Source: Eledone cirrhosa
Taxonomy: Eukaryota
DNA length: 64,000 nucleotides
Assembly: GCA_964016885.1 (NCBI GenBank)
Contig: OZ024741.1
Location: 362,142,001-362,206,000, forward strand
Direction of reading: 5' to 3'
In this document: positions 1-11,800 of the stretch, in pieces
Position numbering within the stretch: position 1 is the first letter of the stretch
Layout: the number at the start of each line of letters is the position of its first letter
Made by a program: the position numbers and the translations under genes
The notes under the pieces: generated by a model
Told to the model about the DNA's origin: nothing
Databases searched by the model: none
The model's input: only the letters and a program-made list of their open reading frames with translations

Positions 1-120
1 TTATTTTATCGATCCTTAAAGGATGAAAGTCTAAGTTGACCTCGGCGGGATTTGAACTCAAAATGCAAAGAACCGTAATTAAATGCCGCAAAACATTTTG
101 ACCGACGCTCTAATGATTCT
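1..120 (-). mobile_element. tRNA-derived SINE fragment (dominant family in the window; further copies near 27950-28290, 33380-33830, 35985-36160, 38300-38520, 40610-40790, 45510-45685, 51368-51535, 58915-59095, 59790-59915, 62258-62440)
   Basis: Recurrent motif gagttcaaatcccgccgaggt(c/t)aactttgcctttcatcc...gataaaataaagtaccagt with a pol III B-box-like GAGTTCAAATC; many diverged copies on both strands. Confidence 0.85.
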
Positions 121-314
121 GGTAATCAAACACCCCAAATATGCAAATAATATAATATAGGGCAAGGGTCGGCACTTTTGGTGTGTGTGGTCCACATAGC
201 TATGCAGTCTCGTCAGCGGGCCATGATCTATATTAATAAAGCTGTCGGTCGTATCTATGTAACAAACTTTTGGCAAAACGGCTGGACCAAACAGCAGCAA
301 ATTTGCATATATGT

Positions 315-317
<3 letters not shown>

Positions 318-405
<88 letters not shown>

Positions 406-827
406 TGTGTGTGTAACGTTTTTCGAAATATTTACTTCTGCGTTCACAGATTGATTCTTTTAGTTTCAGAAGATCCCGTTAAGGGTGAAAGCAGCGATTC
501 TTTGCTTAAACTTTAATCTGTTATTTTAATATATATATATATATATAATTATATATTCGTGTACAGATATTTTTGCATACACAATAACAAAATATAAACA
601 AACGTATTTATTTCACGAGGCTCGATAAGGATAAATATATATCAAATATATAAGAACCCTAGAGCAAATCCCGAGCAACGCCGGGCCATTCTGCTAGTAT
701 ATATAAAAATAACAGATTAACGTTTAAGCAAAGAATCGCTGCTTTCGCCCTTAACGGGATCTTCTGAAACTAAAAGAATCAATCTGTGAACGCAGAAGTA
801 AATATTTCGAAAAACGTTATACACACA

Positions 828-902
<75 letters not shown>
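318..902. repeat. ~200-bp inverted repeat pair (about 318-528 / 705-902) including (TA)n/(TG)n tracts
   Basis: ORFs 322..516(+) and 717..899(-) give near-identical peptides; the arms are reverse complements with ~3 substitutions in the unique part. Confidence 0.9.
670..697 (+). mobile_element. Helitron-type 3' terminus (hairpin followed by CTAG)
   Basis: cccgagcaacgccggg stem-loop followed 8 nt later by CTAG|T. Confidence 0.6.
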
Positions 903-1084
903 TATAGCGTCATAATGCCGTAATGCAGACAGCCAGACATACAGACAGATTTTATAAGGGCGCGACGTTATATCTATGTATCTATCTAAAAAGAAAGACT
1001 AAGTATTACATGTGTAAAGTTTGAAAACAATCGATTGGGTGGTTCTCGAGTTTTAGGGAGTCAGACAGACAGACAGACATTCTC

Positions 1085-1138
<54 letters not shown>

Positions 1139-2399
1139 TATTATATTTAGAGTTTAAACTCAAACAGTCATTTACAATTAATTAGCTCAAAGAAAGAAGC
1201 ATTTCTGAGCCGTGAAATACAAGTTAATATAAATTAATATATGATAAACACCTAAGTGTTTGTATTGTAAAAGACGAAGTTAGCTAGAATGAAATAAACT
1301 AATTCAAATAAATATAGCTTGCCTGTATCAATTTAAAATAATAAATCAATATACACAAACTCATATTGGCAAATAGCCGTGGTACCTGGACAAATTTAAA
1401 TTTCAAAATTCAAACCTTTTCCGCAGATCAATCTGAACTTCAAAATCCAAACAAGTTTCGCAAACGATGGTATAAAAAGTGAAATAATCAATTTTCTGTG
1501 CTTATCAACAGGTACCCAGAAAAATTAGGTTACTTCACCTCGGAAAAATGTTGAAGGTCTGGTTTACGAGCACAAAACGCACGAGGTTTTGCACTCGGTT
1601 TTTCCAGCTCTCTAGTTATCTCATATTCATGGCGCTAGAAATAACACCCGTTTATATGGGATTAAAAATTAGCTCTACCGAAGGAGCAGTAATATCATAT
1701 TATATATATGTATATATATATATTGTTATGCTTTGGGAGGGTCATGTTGCCAATAAGAAACACACGCACCAATTGCTTTCATTTCAATTTATTATAAATT
1801 AAATTTATAAATTAAGGAATTTATAAATTTCCGGTTGGTTGGTTGGTTGGTTATATATATATATGGATGCCGTAGAACACGCCAATGGTAGTCAGGCGCC
1901 AGCCGGACGGACCAATTAGTATTAAATAAGTAATGAGAACATATGTAAAAACGAATACAGTAATATGATAAAATACTATGACATTTTTAATAAACTGTGA
2001 CAAAACCACGATACCTGGCGGTGTATCAGGGTTGCCATTTGTTCCATGAAAAAATGTACTTCTAATAATACTGAACACTTTTAACATAGAAAAATAAATA
2101 AATATTGATTATTATTGAATACAGTCACGTACAGATGTTTTACTACCAGACAGCAAACTGAAATGGAAAATTTTGAGGATGAAATGAAATAATTGTATGT
2201 CAGATACGCTGATTTGTTTTAAGTAAGTCTGGGTCATTCTATATCCCTGCCATATACATACTATGTATGCAAGTATATACACGAATATATGCACACATAC
2301 AGTCCCCTTGACCTCGATGTCTGACTATTCTATCTGTCTGAGTTTGATTGTTTGTTACTGTCACGCACAAAATTACGTTCAGCTGAGTGAGTCTTGTGG

Positions 2400-3560
2400 C
2401 TAGACGTAGTCAGTATTCTATTCCAAAATAATTCAGAGTACTTTTTCAGGGATCGCTTAGCCTAAGATTGAAACCTGTTGGACAAAAATCCTTCGTGAGC
2501 CAGGGTGTACAGTTGAACATGTGTTTAGACATCTGTTGAAGAAAGTCATCTGCCCGGTTTCGATTCATGTTTCAAAGACAACTACGCTGTCGGTAAAAAT
2601 ATTTTTTAATCATGTACATTTAGTGAATTCAAAAATTCTGGATGATAGAGATAAGATTCTATCCGCTGATTCTAAGTCTTATGCCGCTGAATCTATACTT
2701 CTTAATATAATCACATTTTCCGGGAGTTTTTTCATAATTTCATCATTGAGCATATCAACCTTTTCGTTTTTTGATGATAGCTCTTAAGATAGCTCTTGAA
2801 GACATCCACAGCTCATTTCTGTAGTTCGTTGGTAAATCAGCATAAGCAAATTCAACTAACTCTTCTTTGGAGTTCATTGTCAAGGAATTACAATGACATC
2901 CTTAAATAAGAGATCACCATCAACAATGTTGGGTATCCTTCAACAACCAATTTACGCTGATTTAGCCGATTATATGTATTAATATCATTTTTATTTACAC
3001 AATTTAGAACTTTCATGTTTGTCAGTAGATGCAAGACTTTGCAATGACTCCAAAGTGAAGATCTTTTTGTGCCTGCCTTAATTAGTAAAGATCGAGTGGC
3101 TTTGCGAACTACAGCAAAATTTTGTCGAAAATCTTCACCAAGGGCCAATGATTTTTCTCCAAGCAGTTGCTCATTGTTAATGATATCCTGAAGTGTGCAA
3201 TTTAAAGTTTCGAGATGTTGGTGGTACATTGGGTCTTCATCTCACACCAATAGCTGAGCATCAGTTAAAAGGTGTCCAGTTGTATCATTAAGCGAGACAT
3301 GGCTTGTTGAAATTGATATCACCGAAATGCGGAACTTGAAGTGGGAATGTACAACGTAGCCGATTTTTAACAGTGTCGCTGCGAAACCAGAGGAAGCTGT
3401 AGCGAGGGTGATTTCACCATTTTGCGAACATAAGACAGCAGTAAGTTTAACAGGAAAGTCTTGCATGTTCCTCCTGGGGCATCAATAAATAACAAACCCC
3501 CTTATTTGTTGCCAATTTTTCTTTTGGCTGTTTCAAAGACAATCCGCTGTTATTGAGCAC
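2400..3560 (-). pseudogene. Degraded Helitron PIF1-like helicase
   Basis: Frameshifted fragments: FIDAPGGT (Walker A-like), ATASSGFAATLL, LGEDFRQ, SSLWSHCKVLHLLTNM (ORFs 3242..3466 and 2888..3229). Confidence 0.85.
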
Positions 3561-3589
3561 ATCAAGGTAATTATTGTAGTACACGTCAG

Positions 3590-3631
<42 letters not shown>

Positions 3632-3842
3632 TCTCTCTCTCTCTCAACAATAACAACAACCTGATTTTTTTCTTGAAACAAATTTTCTATTTATCTTTCA
3701 CACACTCTCTCATTGAACTTCTCTCTCATTAACAACAATTTGCCATTATAGTGACAGTTTTTTTTGGGGGGGTGTTTGTGTTGTGTTATCTATATGTTGA
3801 AATACATACAGACCCCCCCCCCCCCAAAAAAAAAACTATATG

Positions 3843-3882
<40 letters not shown>

Positions 3883-4629
3883 CGTAAGTGTGACGGACAA
3901 ATGGCATGGCCTCATGATACGGTCAGTTAATAGTAGGCTATTATATAGTGAAAGTCTTTTTTGAAGTCTGTGTTGGAGTGTCTATATGGTGGATGACCTA
4001 AGGAAACACACGTTTTTTCCACGTGTTGACAGACTTGCACTTAAAATTCACTCTGTACGTATCTATCTCTTTCACGCACACACATACTCACTCTCTCTCT
4101 CTTTCACGCACACACATACTCACTCTCTCTCTCTTTCTCTCTCTTTCTCTTTGTATTTCTCTCAACAACAACGACCTTTTTTCCCCTTGAAACAAATTTT
4201 AATTCTATCTTTCACACACACTCTCTCTCACTATATTTGTTTCTCAACAACAACGTGTCATACAGAAATACACATAAACCACAACAAAAATTATATGTAT
4301 TATATATATATATACATAATTGTGACTTTCACCGTTAATGCTTTGGGGCGAGTAATAAATATCACATCTCATTCACACTGTTGCTAAAATATAAAGTCTT
4401 GTTTCCAATCCAAGAAAGCAAATATTTATTTGTAAATATATAACGAACGCAATTTAACTAAACGTTACATACGTTACATACTGACGAATCGAGGTTACCA
4501 TCTAGTTGTGATTATTTCGCCTGTTGATGCAAGTTCATTTCAGGTATGCCGTGAGGATTTACACACCTTCCCACATGAACTGCACGTTACAGTATCTATT
4601 GTTGAGAACTTACAGTAGTGGACTTTTTG

Positions 4630-5000
4630 TTTGGCCTTATGAATTCGTTAGTGACTAATCAGGCCAACTCCCTAAAGACATATGACCGCAATTATTGCAG
4701 ACCAAGTTTATGCTATCCCCTTCACAAACCCTTCCTTTTCATGCAGCTCGCTTGAATTCTGTATGAGAGGTGCATACTTTTTCAAAAAACATCTGCACTA
4801 TCCCTTATGCATTTTCTCTATTGGTGGCAATGAAAAGCATTTCTTTCCCAGTTGAACTCGCCTATTTCAAAAAGGACTTTACTCACATCACTGCAGCTTT
4901 GGTTTGTACTAAGAGCGCTTCCTGCTCACCATACTGAATTAGTTTCGAGATTCCCTGCTTGTGCACCATTGCACCATTAAAGACATCGGCTCCTCTCAAA
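4630..5000 (-). mobile_element. Degenerate RTE-type LINE 3' fragment
   Basis: Minus-strand remnants resembling L(I/L)YGE and a C-terminal CxxC...GLxSH zinc finger, interrupted by stops. Confidence 0.4.
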
Positions 5001-5331
5001 ATCATTGAGTCTGAAGCCAGTGATGATCAGCTAACAGTCACAATATATATTAAACATCTCTGATGAAAACATTCAATAACCTGTACATGATATTTGTAGA
5101 GGATCCACGTTTTTTTTTATATATCATAAATAAAGAAGAGAGGTCTGTATACATGCACGATTCACATAAAGTTTTGTTAACAGCATGCAATGTTGGGACC
5201 AGACAATCATTTCTCAAAAATGGATGACTCAACACACACGTGCTTCTTCTTCTTCTTCTTCTTCTTCTTCTTCTTCTTCTTCTTCTTCTTCTTCTTCTTT
5301 CTATCTATTTCATCTTTTATTTCCCATGCTA

Positions 5332-5367
5332 TCTTCTGATGAAGGACCAGTGTCCGAAATGTAAAGA
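5332..5367 (+). ncRNA. Minimal type I hammerhead ribozyme motif in a Penelope-like terminal repeat
   Basis: TCTT-CTGATGA-A-GGAC-cagt-GTCC-GAAA-TG-TA-AAGA: stem I, intact core, stem II, GUA cleavage triplet. Confidence 0.75.
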
Positions 5368-5454
5368 CTCTTTTCCTTTCATATCAAGCGGTAAACTAAT
5401 ATATTTCTTAATCGTACTGTACTGTATTGGTTTCGTTTACTTTTCGCGCGTGAG

Positions 5455-5880
5455 AGTGTGAAAAGTAAACGGAAAAAACAACAGACAATGATGTACAATG
5501 AAGATATTTATTAGTTTCACGCTTAATATAGTAGAAAAAGTTATAACGTTTCGGACGCTAGTCCTTCACCAGAAAAATTGAATGAGAAATTAAAGAAGAA
5601 ATAGAGATATAGAGAAGAGTGAGCAAGGGCAAACATGAAAAGATTTCTTCGAGAAGATCTGTTCCTTTTGCCATCTTTTGGAAAACTGTTGATAAAGGTG
5701 TTTATGGTGTAGGAAGTTCCGTTGGTCGTCTTTTGAAAGGTTGTGATCAGAGGCATCTATATCAGGCTGAAAAGGAAAATGTATGTTTGTGTGCGTGTGT
5801 TGTTTGTATATACGAAGCTGTAAGTATATGTGTGTGTATAAGTTTAAGAGTGTTTGTGTGCGTGTGTGTTGTTGCTGTTG
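5455..5880 (-). mobile_element. Penelope-like element 3' UTR/pseudo-LTR remnant, tail-to-tail with the + copy at ~5320-5445; degenerate hammerhead (CTGGTGA) at 5541-5576
   Basis: Homologous to 31125-31600 and 62595-63095 (shared aacgtttcggacgctagtccttca(c/t)cagaa...aatgagaaat). Confidence 0.75.
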
Positions 5881-8800
5881 ATCTGTACAGAGTTGTGAGT
5901 GTAAGTGTAGAGGTGTGTTGGTCTGTACAGAGTTGTGAGTGTAAGTATAGAGCTGTGTTGGTCTGTACAGAGTTGTGAGTGTAAGTGTAGAGGTGTGTTG
6001 GTCTGTACAGAGTTGTGAGTGTAAGTGTAGAGGTGTGTTGGTCTGTACAGAGTTGTGAGTGTAAGTATAGAGCTGTGTTGGTCTGTACAGAGTTGTGAGT
6101 GTAAGTGTAGAGGTGTGTTGGTCTGTACAGAGTTGTGAGTGTAAGTGTAGAGCTGTGTTGGTCTGTACAGAGGTGTGAGTGTAAGTGTAGAGCTGTGTTG
6201 GTCTGTACAGAGTTGTGAGTGTAAGTGTAGAGCTGTGTTGGTCTGTACAGAGTTGTGAGTGTAAGTATAGAGCTGTGTTGGTCTGTACAGAGTTGTGAGT
6301 GTAAGTGTAGAGGTGTGTTGGTCTGTACAGAGTTGTGAGTGTAAGTGTAGAGGTGTGTTGGTCTGTACAGAGTTGTGAGTGTAAGTGTAGAGCTGTGTTG
6401 GTCTGTACAGAGGTGTGAGTGTAAGTGTAGAGCTGTGTTGGTCTGTACAGAGTTGTGAGTGTAAGTGTAGAGGTGTGTTGGTCTGTACAGAGTTGTGAGT
6501 GTAAGTATAGAGCTGTGTTGGTCTGTACAGAGTTGTGAGTGTAAGTGTAGAGGTGTGTTGGTCTGTACAGAGTTGTGAGTGTAAGTGTAGAGCTGTGTTG
6601 GTCTGTACAGAGGTGTGAGTGTAAGTGTAGAGCTGTGTTGGTCTGTACAGAGTTGTGAGTGTAAGTGTAGAGCTGTGTTGGTCTGTACAGAGTTGTGAGT
6701 GTAAGTGTAGAGGTGTGTTGGTCTGTACAGAGTTGTGAGTGTAAGTGTAGAGCTGTGTTGGTCTGTACAGAGTTGTGAGTGTAAGTGTAGAGGTGTGTTG
6801 GTCTGTACAGAGTTGTGAGTGTAAGTGTAGAGCTGTGTTGGTCTGTACAGAGGTGTGAGTGTAAGTGTAGAGCTGTGTTGGTCTGTACAGAGTTGTGAGT
6901 GTAAGTGTAGAGCTGTGTTGGTCTGTACAGAGTTGTGAGTGTAAGTATAGAGCTGTGTTGGTCTGTACAGAGTTGTGAGTGTAAGTGTAGAGGTGTGTTG
7001 GTCTGTACAGAGTTGTGAGTGTAAGTGTAGAGGTGTGTTGGTCTGTACAGAGTTGTGAGTGTAAGTGTAGAGCTGTGTTGGTCTGTACAGAGTTGTGAGT
7101 GTAAGTGTAGAGGTGTGTTGGTCTGTACAGAGTTGTGAGTGTAAGTGTAGAGCTGTGTTGGTCTGTACAGAGTTGTGAGTGTAAGTGTAGAGGTGTGTTG
7201 GTCTGTACAGAGTTGTGAGTGTAAGTGTAGAGCTGTGTTGGTCTGTACAGAGTTGTGAGTGTAAGTGTAGAGGTGTGTTGGTCTGTACAGAGGTGTGAGT
7301 GTAAGTGTAGAGCTGTGTTGGTCTGTACAGAGGTGTGAGTGTAAGTGTAGAGCTGTGTTGGTCTGTACAGAGGTGTGAGTGTAAGTGTAGAGGTGTGTTG
7401 GTCTGTACAGAGTTGTGAGTGTAAGTGTAGAGGTGTGTTGGTCTGTACAGAGGTGTGAGTGTAAGTGTAGAGCTGTGTTGGTCTGTACAGAGTTGTGAGT
7501 GTAAGTGTAGAGGTGTGTTGGTCTGTACAGAGGTGTGAGTGTAAGTGTAGAGCTGTGTTGGTCTGTACAGAGGTGTGAGTGTAAGTGTAGAGCTGTGTTG
7601 GTCTGTACAGAGTTGTGAGTGTAAGTGTAGAGGTGTGTTGGTCTGTACAGAGGTGTGAGTGTAAGTGTAGAGGTGTGTTGGTCTGTACAGAGTTGTGAGT
7701 GTAAGTGTAGAGCTGTGTTGGTCTGTACAGAGGTGTGAGTGTAAGTGTAGAGCTGTGTTGGTCTGTACAGAGTTGTGAGTGTAAGTGTAGAGCTGTGTTG
7801 GTCTGTACATAGTTGTGAGTGTAAGTATAGAGCTGTGTTGGTCTGTACAGAGTTGTGAGTGTAAGTGTAGAGGTGTGTTGGTCTGTACAGAGGTGTGAGT
7901 GTAAGTGTAGAGGTGTGTTGGTCTGTACAGAGGTGTGAGTGTAAGTGTAGAGCTGTGTTGGTCTGTACAGAGTTGTGAGTGTAAGTGTAGAGCTGTGTTG
8001 GTCTGTACAGAGTTGTGAGTGTAAGTGTAGAGCTGTGTTGGTCTGTACAGAGTTGTGAGTGTAAGTGTAGAGCTGTGTTGGTCTGTACATAGTTGTGAGT
8101 GTAAGTATAGAGCTGTGTTGGTCTGTACAGAGTTGTGAGTGTAAGTGTAGAGGTGTGTTGGTCTGTACAGAGGTGTGAGTGTAAGTGTAGAGGTGTGTTG
8201 GTCTGTACAGAGGTGTGAGTGTAAGTGTAGAGCTGTGTTGGTCTGTACAGCGTTGTGAGTGTAAGTATAGAGGTGTGTTGGTCTGTACAGAGGTGTGAGT
8301 GTAAGTGTAGAGCTGTGTTGGTCTGTACAGAGTTGTGAGTGTAAGTGTAGAGGTGTGTTGGTCTGTACAGAGGTGTGAGTGTAAGTGTAGAGCTGTGTTG
8401 GTCTGTACAGAGGTGTGAGTGTAAGTGTAGAGCTGTGTTGGTCTGTACAGAGGTGTGAGTGTAAGTGTAGAGGTGTGTTGGTCTGTACAGAGTTGTGAGT
8501 GTAAGTGTAGAGGTGTGTTGGTCTGTACAGAGGTGTGAGTGTAAGTGTAGAGCTGTGTTGGTCTGTACAGAGTTGTGAGTGTAAGTGTAGAGGTGTGTTG
8601 GTCTGTACAGAGTTGTGAGTGTAAGTGTAGAGCTGTGTTGGTCTGTACAGAGGTGTGAGTGTAAGTGTAGAGCTGTGTTGGTCTGTACAGAGTTGTGAGT
8701 GTAAGTATAGAGGTGTGTTGGTCTGTACAGAGTTGTGAGTGTAAGTGTAGAGCTGTGTTGGTCTGTACAGAGTTGTGAGTGTAAGTATAGAGCTGTATTG

Positions 8801-11800
8801 GTCTGTACAGAGTTGTGAGTGTAAGTGTAGAGCTGTGTTGGTCTGTACAGAGTTGTGAGTGTAAGTGTAGAGGTGTGTTGGTCTGTACAGAGTTGTGAGT
8901 GTAAGTGTAGAGCTGTGTTGGTCTGTACAGAGGTGTGAGTGTAAGTGTAGAGCTGTGTTGGTCTGTACAGAGTTGTGAGTGTAAGTATAGAGGTGTGTTG
9001 GTCTGTACAGAGTTGTGAGTGTAAGTGTAGAGGTGTGTTGGTCTGTACAGAGGTGTGAGTGTAAGTGTAGAGGTGTGTTGGTCTGTACAGAGTTGTGAGT
9101 GTAAGTGTAGAGGTGTGTTGGTCTGTACAGAGTTGTGAGTGTAAGTATAGAGGTGTGTTGGTCTGTACAGAGGTGTGAGTGTAAGTATAGAGGTGTGTTG
9201 GTCTGTACAGAGTTGTGAGTGTAAGTGTAGAGATGTGTTGGTCTGTACAGAGTTGTGAGTGTAAGTGTAGAGCTGTGTTGGTCTGTACAGAGGTGTGAGT
9301 GTAAGTGTAGAGCTGTATTGGTCTGTACAGAGTTGTGAGTGTAAGTGTAGAGGTGTGTTGGTCTGTACAGAGTTGTGAGTGTAAGTGTAGAGGTGTGTTG
9401 GTCTGTACAGAGTTGTGAGTGTAAGTGTAGAGCTGTGTTGGTCTGTACAGAGGTGTGAGTGTAAGTGTAGAGGTGTGTTGGTCTGTACAGAGTTGTGAGT
9501 GTAAGTGTAGAGCTGTGTTGGTCTGTACAGAGTTGTGAGCGTAAGTGTAGAGGTGTGTTGGTCTGTACAGAGGTGTGAGTGTAAGTGTAGAGGTGTGTTG
9601 GTCTGTACAGAGTTGTGAGTGTAAGTGTAGAGCTGTGTTGGTCTGTACAGAGTTGTGAGCGTAAGTGTAGAGGTGTGTTGGTCTGTACAGAGGTGTCGAG
9701 TGTAAGTGTAGAGGTGTGTTGGTCTGTACAGAGTTGTGAGTGTAAGTGTAGAGCTGTGTTGGTCTGTACAGAGGTGTGAGTGTAAGTGTAGAGGTGTGTT
9801 GGTCTGTACAGAGTTGTGAGTGTAAGTATAGAGGTGTGTTGGTCTGTACAGAGGTGTGAGTGTAAGTGTAGAGGTGTGTTGGTCTGTACAGAGTTGTGAG
9901 TGTAAGTGTAGAGGTGTGTTGGTCTGTACAGAGTTGTGAGTGTAAGTATAGAGGTGTGTTGGTCTGTACAGAGGTGTGAGTGTAAGTGTAGAGGTGTGTT
10001 GGTCTGTACAGAGTTGTGAGTGTAAGTGTAGAGCTGTGTTGGTCTGTACAGAGTTGTGAGCGTAAGTGTAGAGGTGTGTTGGTCTGTACAGAGGTGTGAG
10101 TGTAAGTGTAGAGCTGTGTTGGTCTGTACAGAGTTGTGAGTGTAAGTGTAGAGGTGTGTTGGTCTGTACAGAGTTGTGAGTGTAAGTGTAGAGCTGTGTT
10201 GGTCTGTACAGAGGTGTGAGTGTAAGTGTAGAGGTGTGTTGGTCTGTACAGAGTTGTGAGTGTAAGTGTAGAGCTGTGTTGGTCTGTACAGAGTTGTGAG
10301 TGTAAGTGTAGAGGTGTGTTGGTCTGTACAGAGGTGTGAGTGTAAGTGTAGAGGTGTGTTGGTCTGTACAGAGGTGTGAGTGTAAGTGTAGAGGTGTGTT
10401 GGTCTGTACAGAGGTGTGAGTGTAAGTGTAGAGCTGTGTTGGTCTGTACAGAGTTGTGAGTGTAAGTGTAGAGGTGTGTTGGTCTGTACAGAGTTGTGAG
10501 TGTAAGTGTAGAGCTGTGTTGGTCTGTACAGAGGTGTGAGTGTAAGTGTAGAGGTGTGTTGGTCTGTACAGAGTTGTGAGTGTAAGTGTAGAGCTGTGTT
10601 GGTCTGTACAGAGTTGTGAGCGTAAGTGTAGAGGTGTGTTGGTCTGTACAGAGGTGTGAGTGTAAGTGTAGAGGTGTGTTGGTCTGTACAGAGTTGTGAG
10701 TGTAAGTGTAGAGCTGTGTTGGTCTGTACAGAGTTGTGAGCGTAAGTGTAGAGGTGTGTTGGTCTGTACAGAGGTGTGAGTGTAAGTGTAGAGGTGTGTT
10801 GGTCTGTACAGAGTTGTGAGTGTAAGTGTAGAGGTGTGTTGGTCTGTACAGAGTTGTGAGTGTAAGTGTAGAGGTGTGTTGGTCTGTACAGAGGTGTGAG
10901 TGTAAGTGTAGAGCTGTGTTGGTCTGTACAGAGGTGTGAGTGTAAGTGTAGAGCTGTGTTGGTCTGTACAGAGTTGTGAGTGTAAGTATAGAGGTGTGTT
11001 GGTCTGTACAGAGTTGTGAGTGTAAGTATAGAGGTGTGTTGGTCTGTACAGAGTTGTGAGTGTAAGTGTAGAGGTGTGTTGGTCTGTACAGAGTTGTGAG
11101 TGTAAGTGTAGAGCTGTGTTGGTCTGTACAGAGTTGTGAGTGTAAGTGTAGAGGTGTGTTGGTCTGTACAGAGTTGTGAGTGTAAGTGTAGAGGTGTGTT
11201 GGTCTGTACAGAGGTGTGAGTGTAAGTGTAGAGCTGTGTTGGTCTGTACAGAGTTGTGAGTGTAAGTGTAGAGGTGTGTTGGTCTGTACAGAGGTGTGAG
11301 TGTAAGTGTAGAGCTGTGTTGGTCTGTACAGAGTTGTGAGTGTAAGTGTAGAGGTGTGTTGGTCTGTACAGAGTTGTGAGTGTAAGTGTAGAGGTGTGTT
11401 GGTCTGTACAGAGGTGTGAGTGTAAGTGTAGAGGTGTGTTGGTCTGTACAGAGTTGTGAGTGTAAGTGTAGAGGTGTGTTGGTCTGTACAGAGGTGTGAG
11501 TGTAAGTGTAGAGGTGTGTTGGTCTGTACAGAGTTGTGAGTGTAAGTGTAGAGGTGTGTTGGTCTGTACAGAGTTGTGAGTGTAAGTGTAGAGGTGTGTT
11601 GGTCTGTACAGAGTTGTGAGTGTAAGTGTAGAGTTGTGTTGGTCTGTACAGAGTTGTGAGTGTAAGTGTAGAGGTGTGTTGGTCTGTACAGAGTTGTGAG
11701 TGTAAGTGTAGAGGTGTGTTGGTCTGTACAGAGTTGTGAGTGTAAGTGTAGAGGTGTGTTGGTCTGTACAGAGGTGTGAGTGTAAGTGTAGAGGTGTGTT

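Noticed and set aside
464-502. Hammerhead-like string tcAGAAGA-tccc-gttaa-gggt-GAAA-gcagcg (also minus strand near 735-770 and 57000-57035)
   Set aside because: All three copies have CAGAAGA rather than CTGANGA, and I could not form stem I or an NUH triplet; at best a relic.
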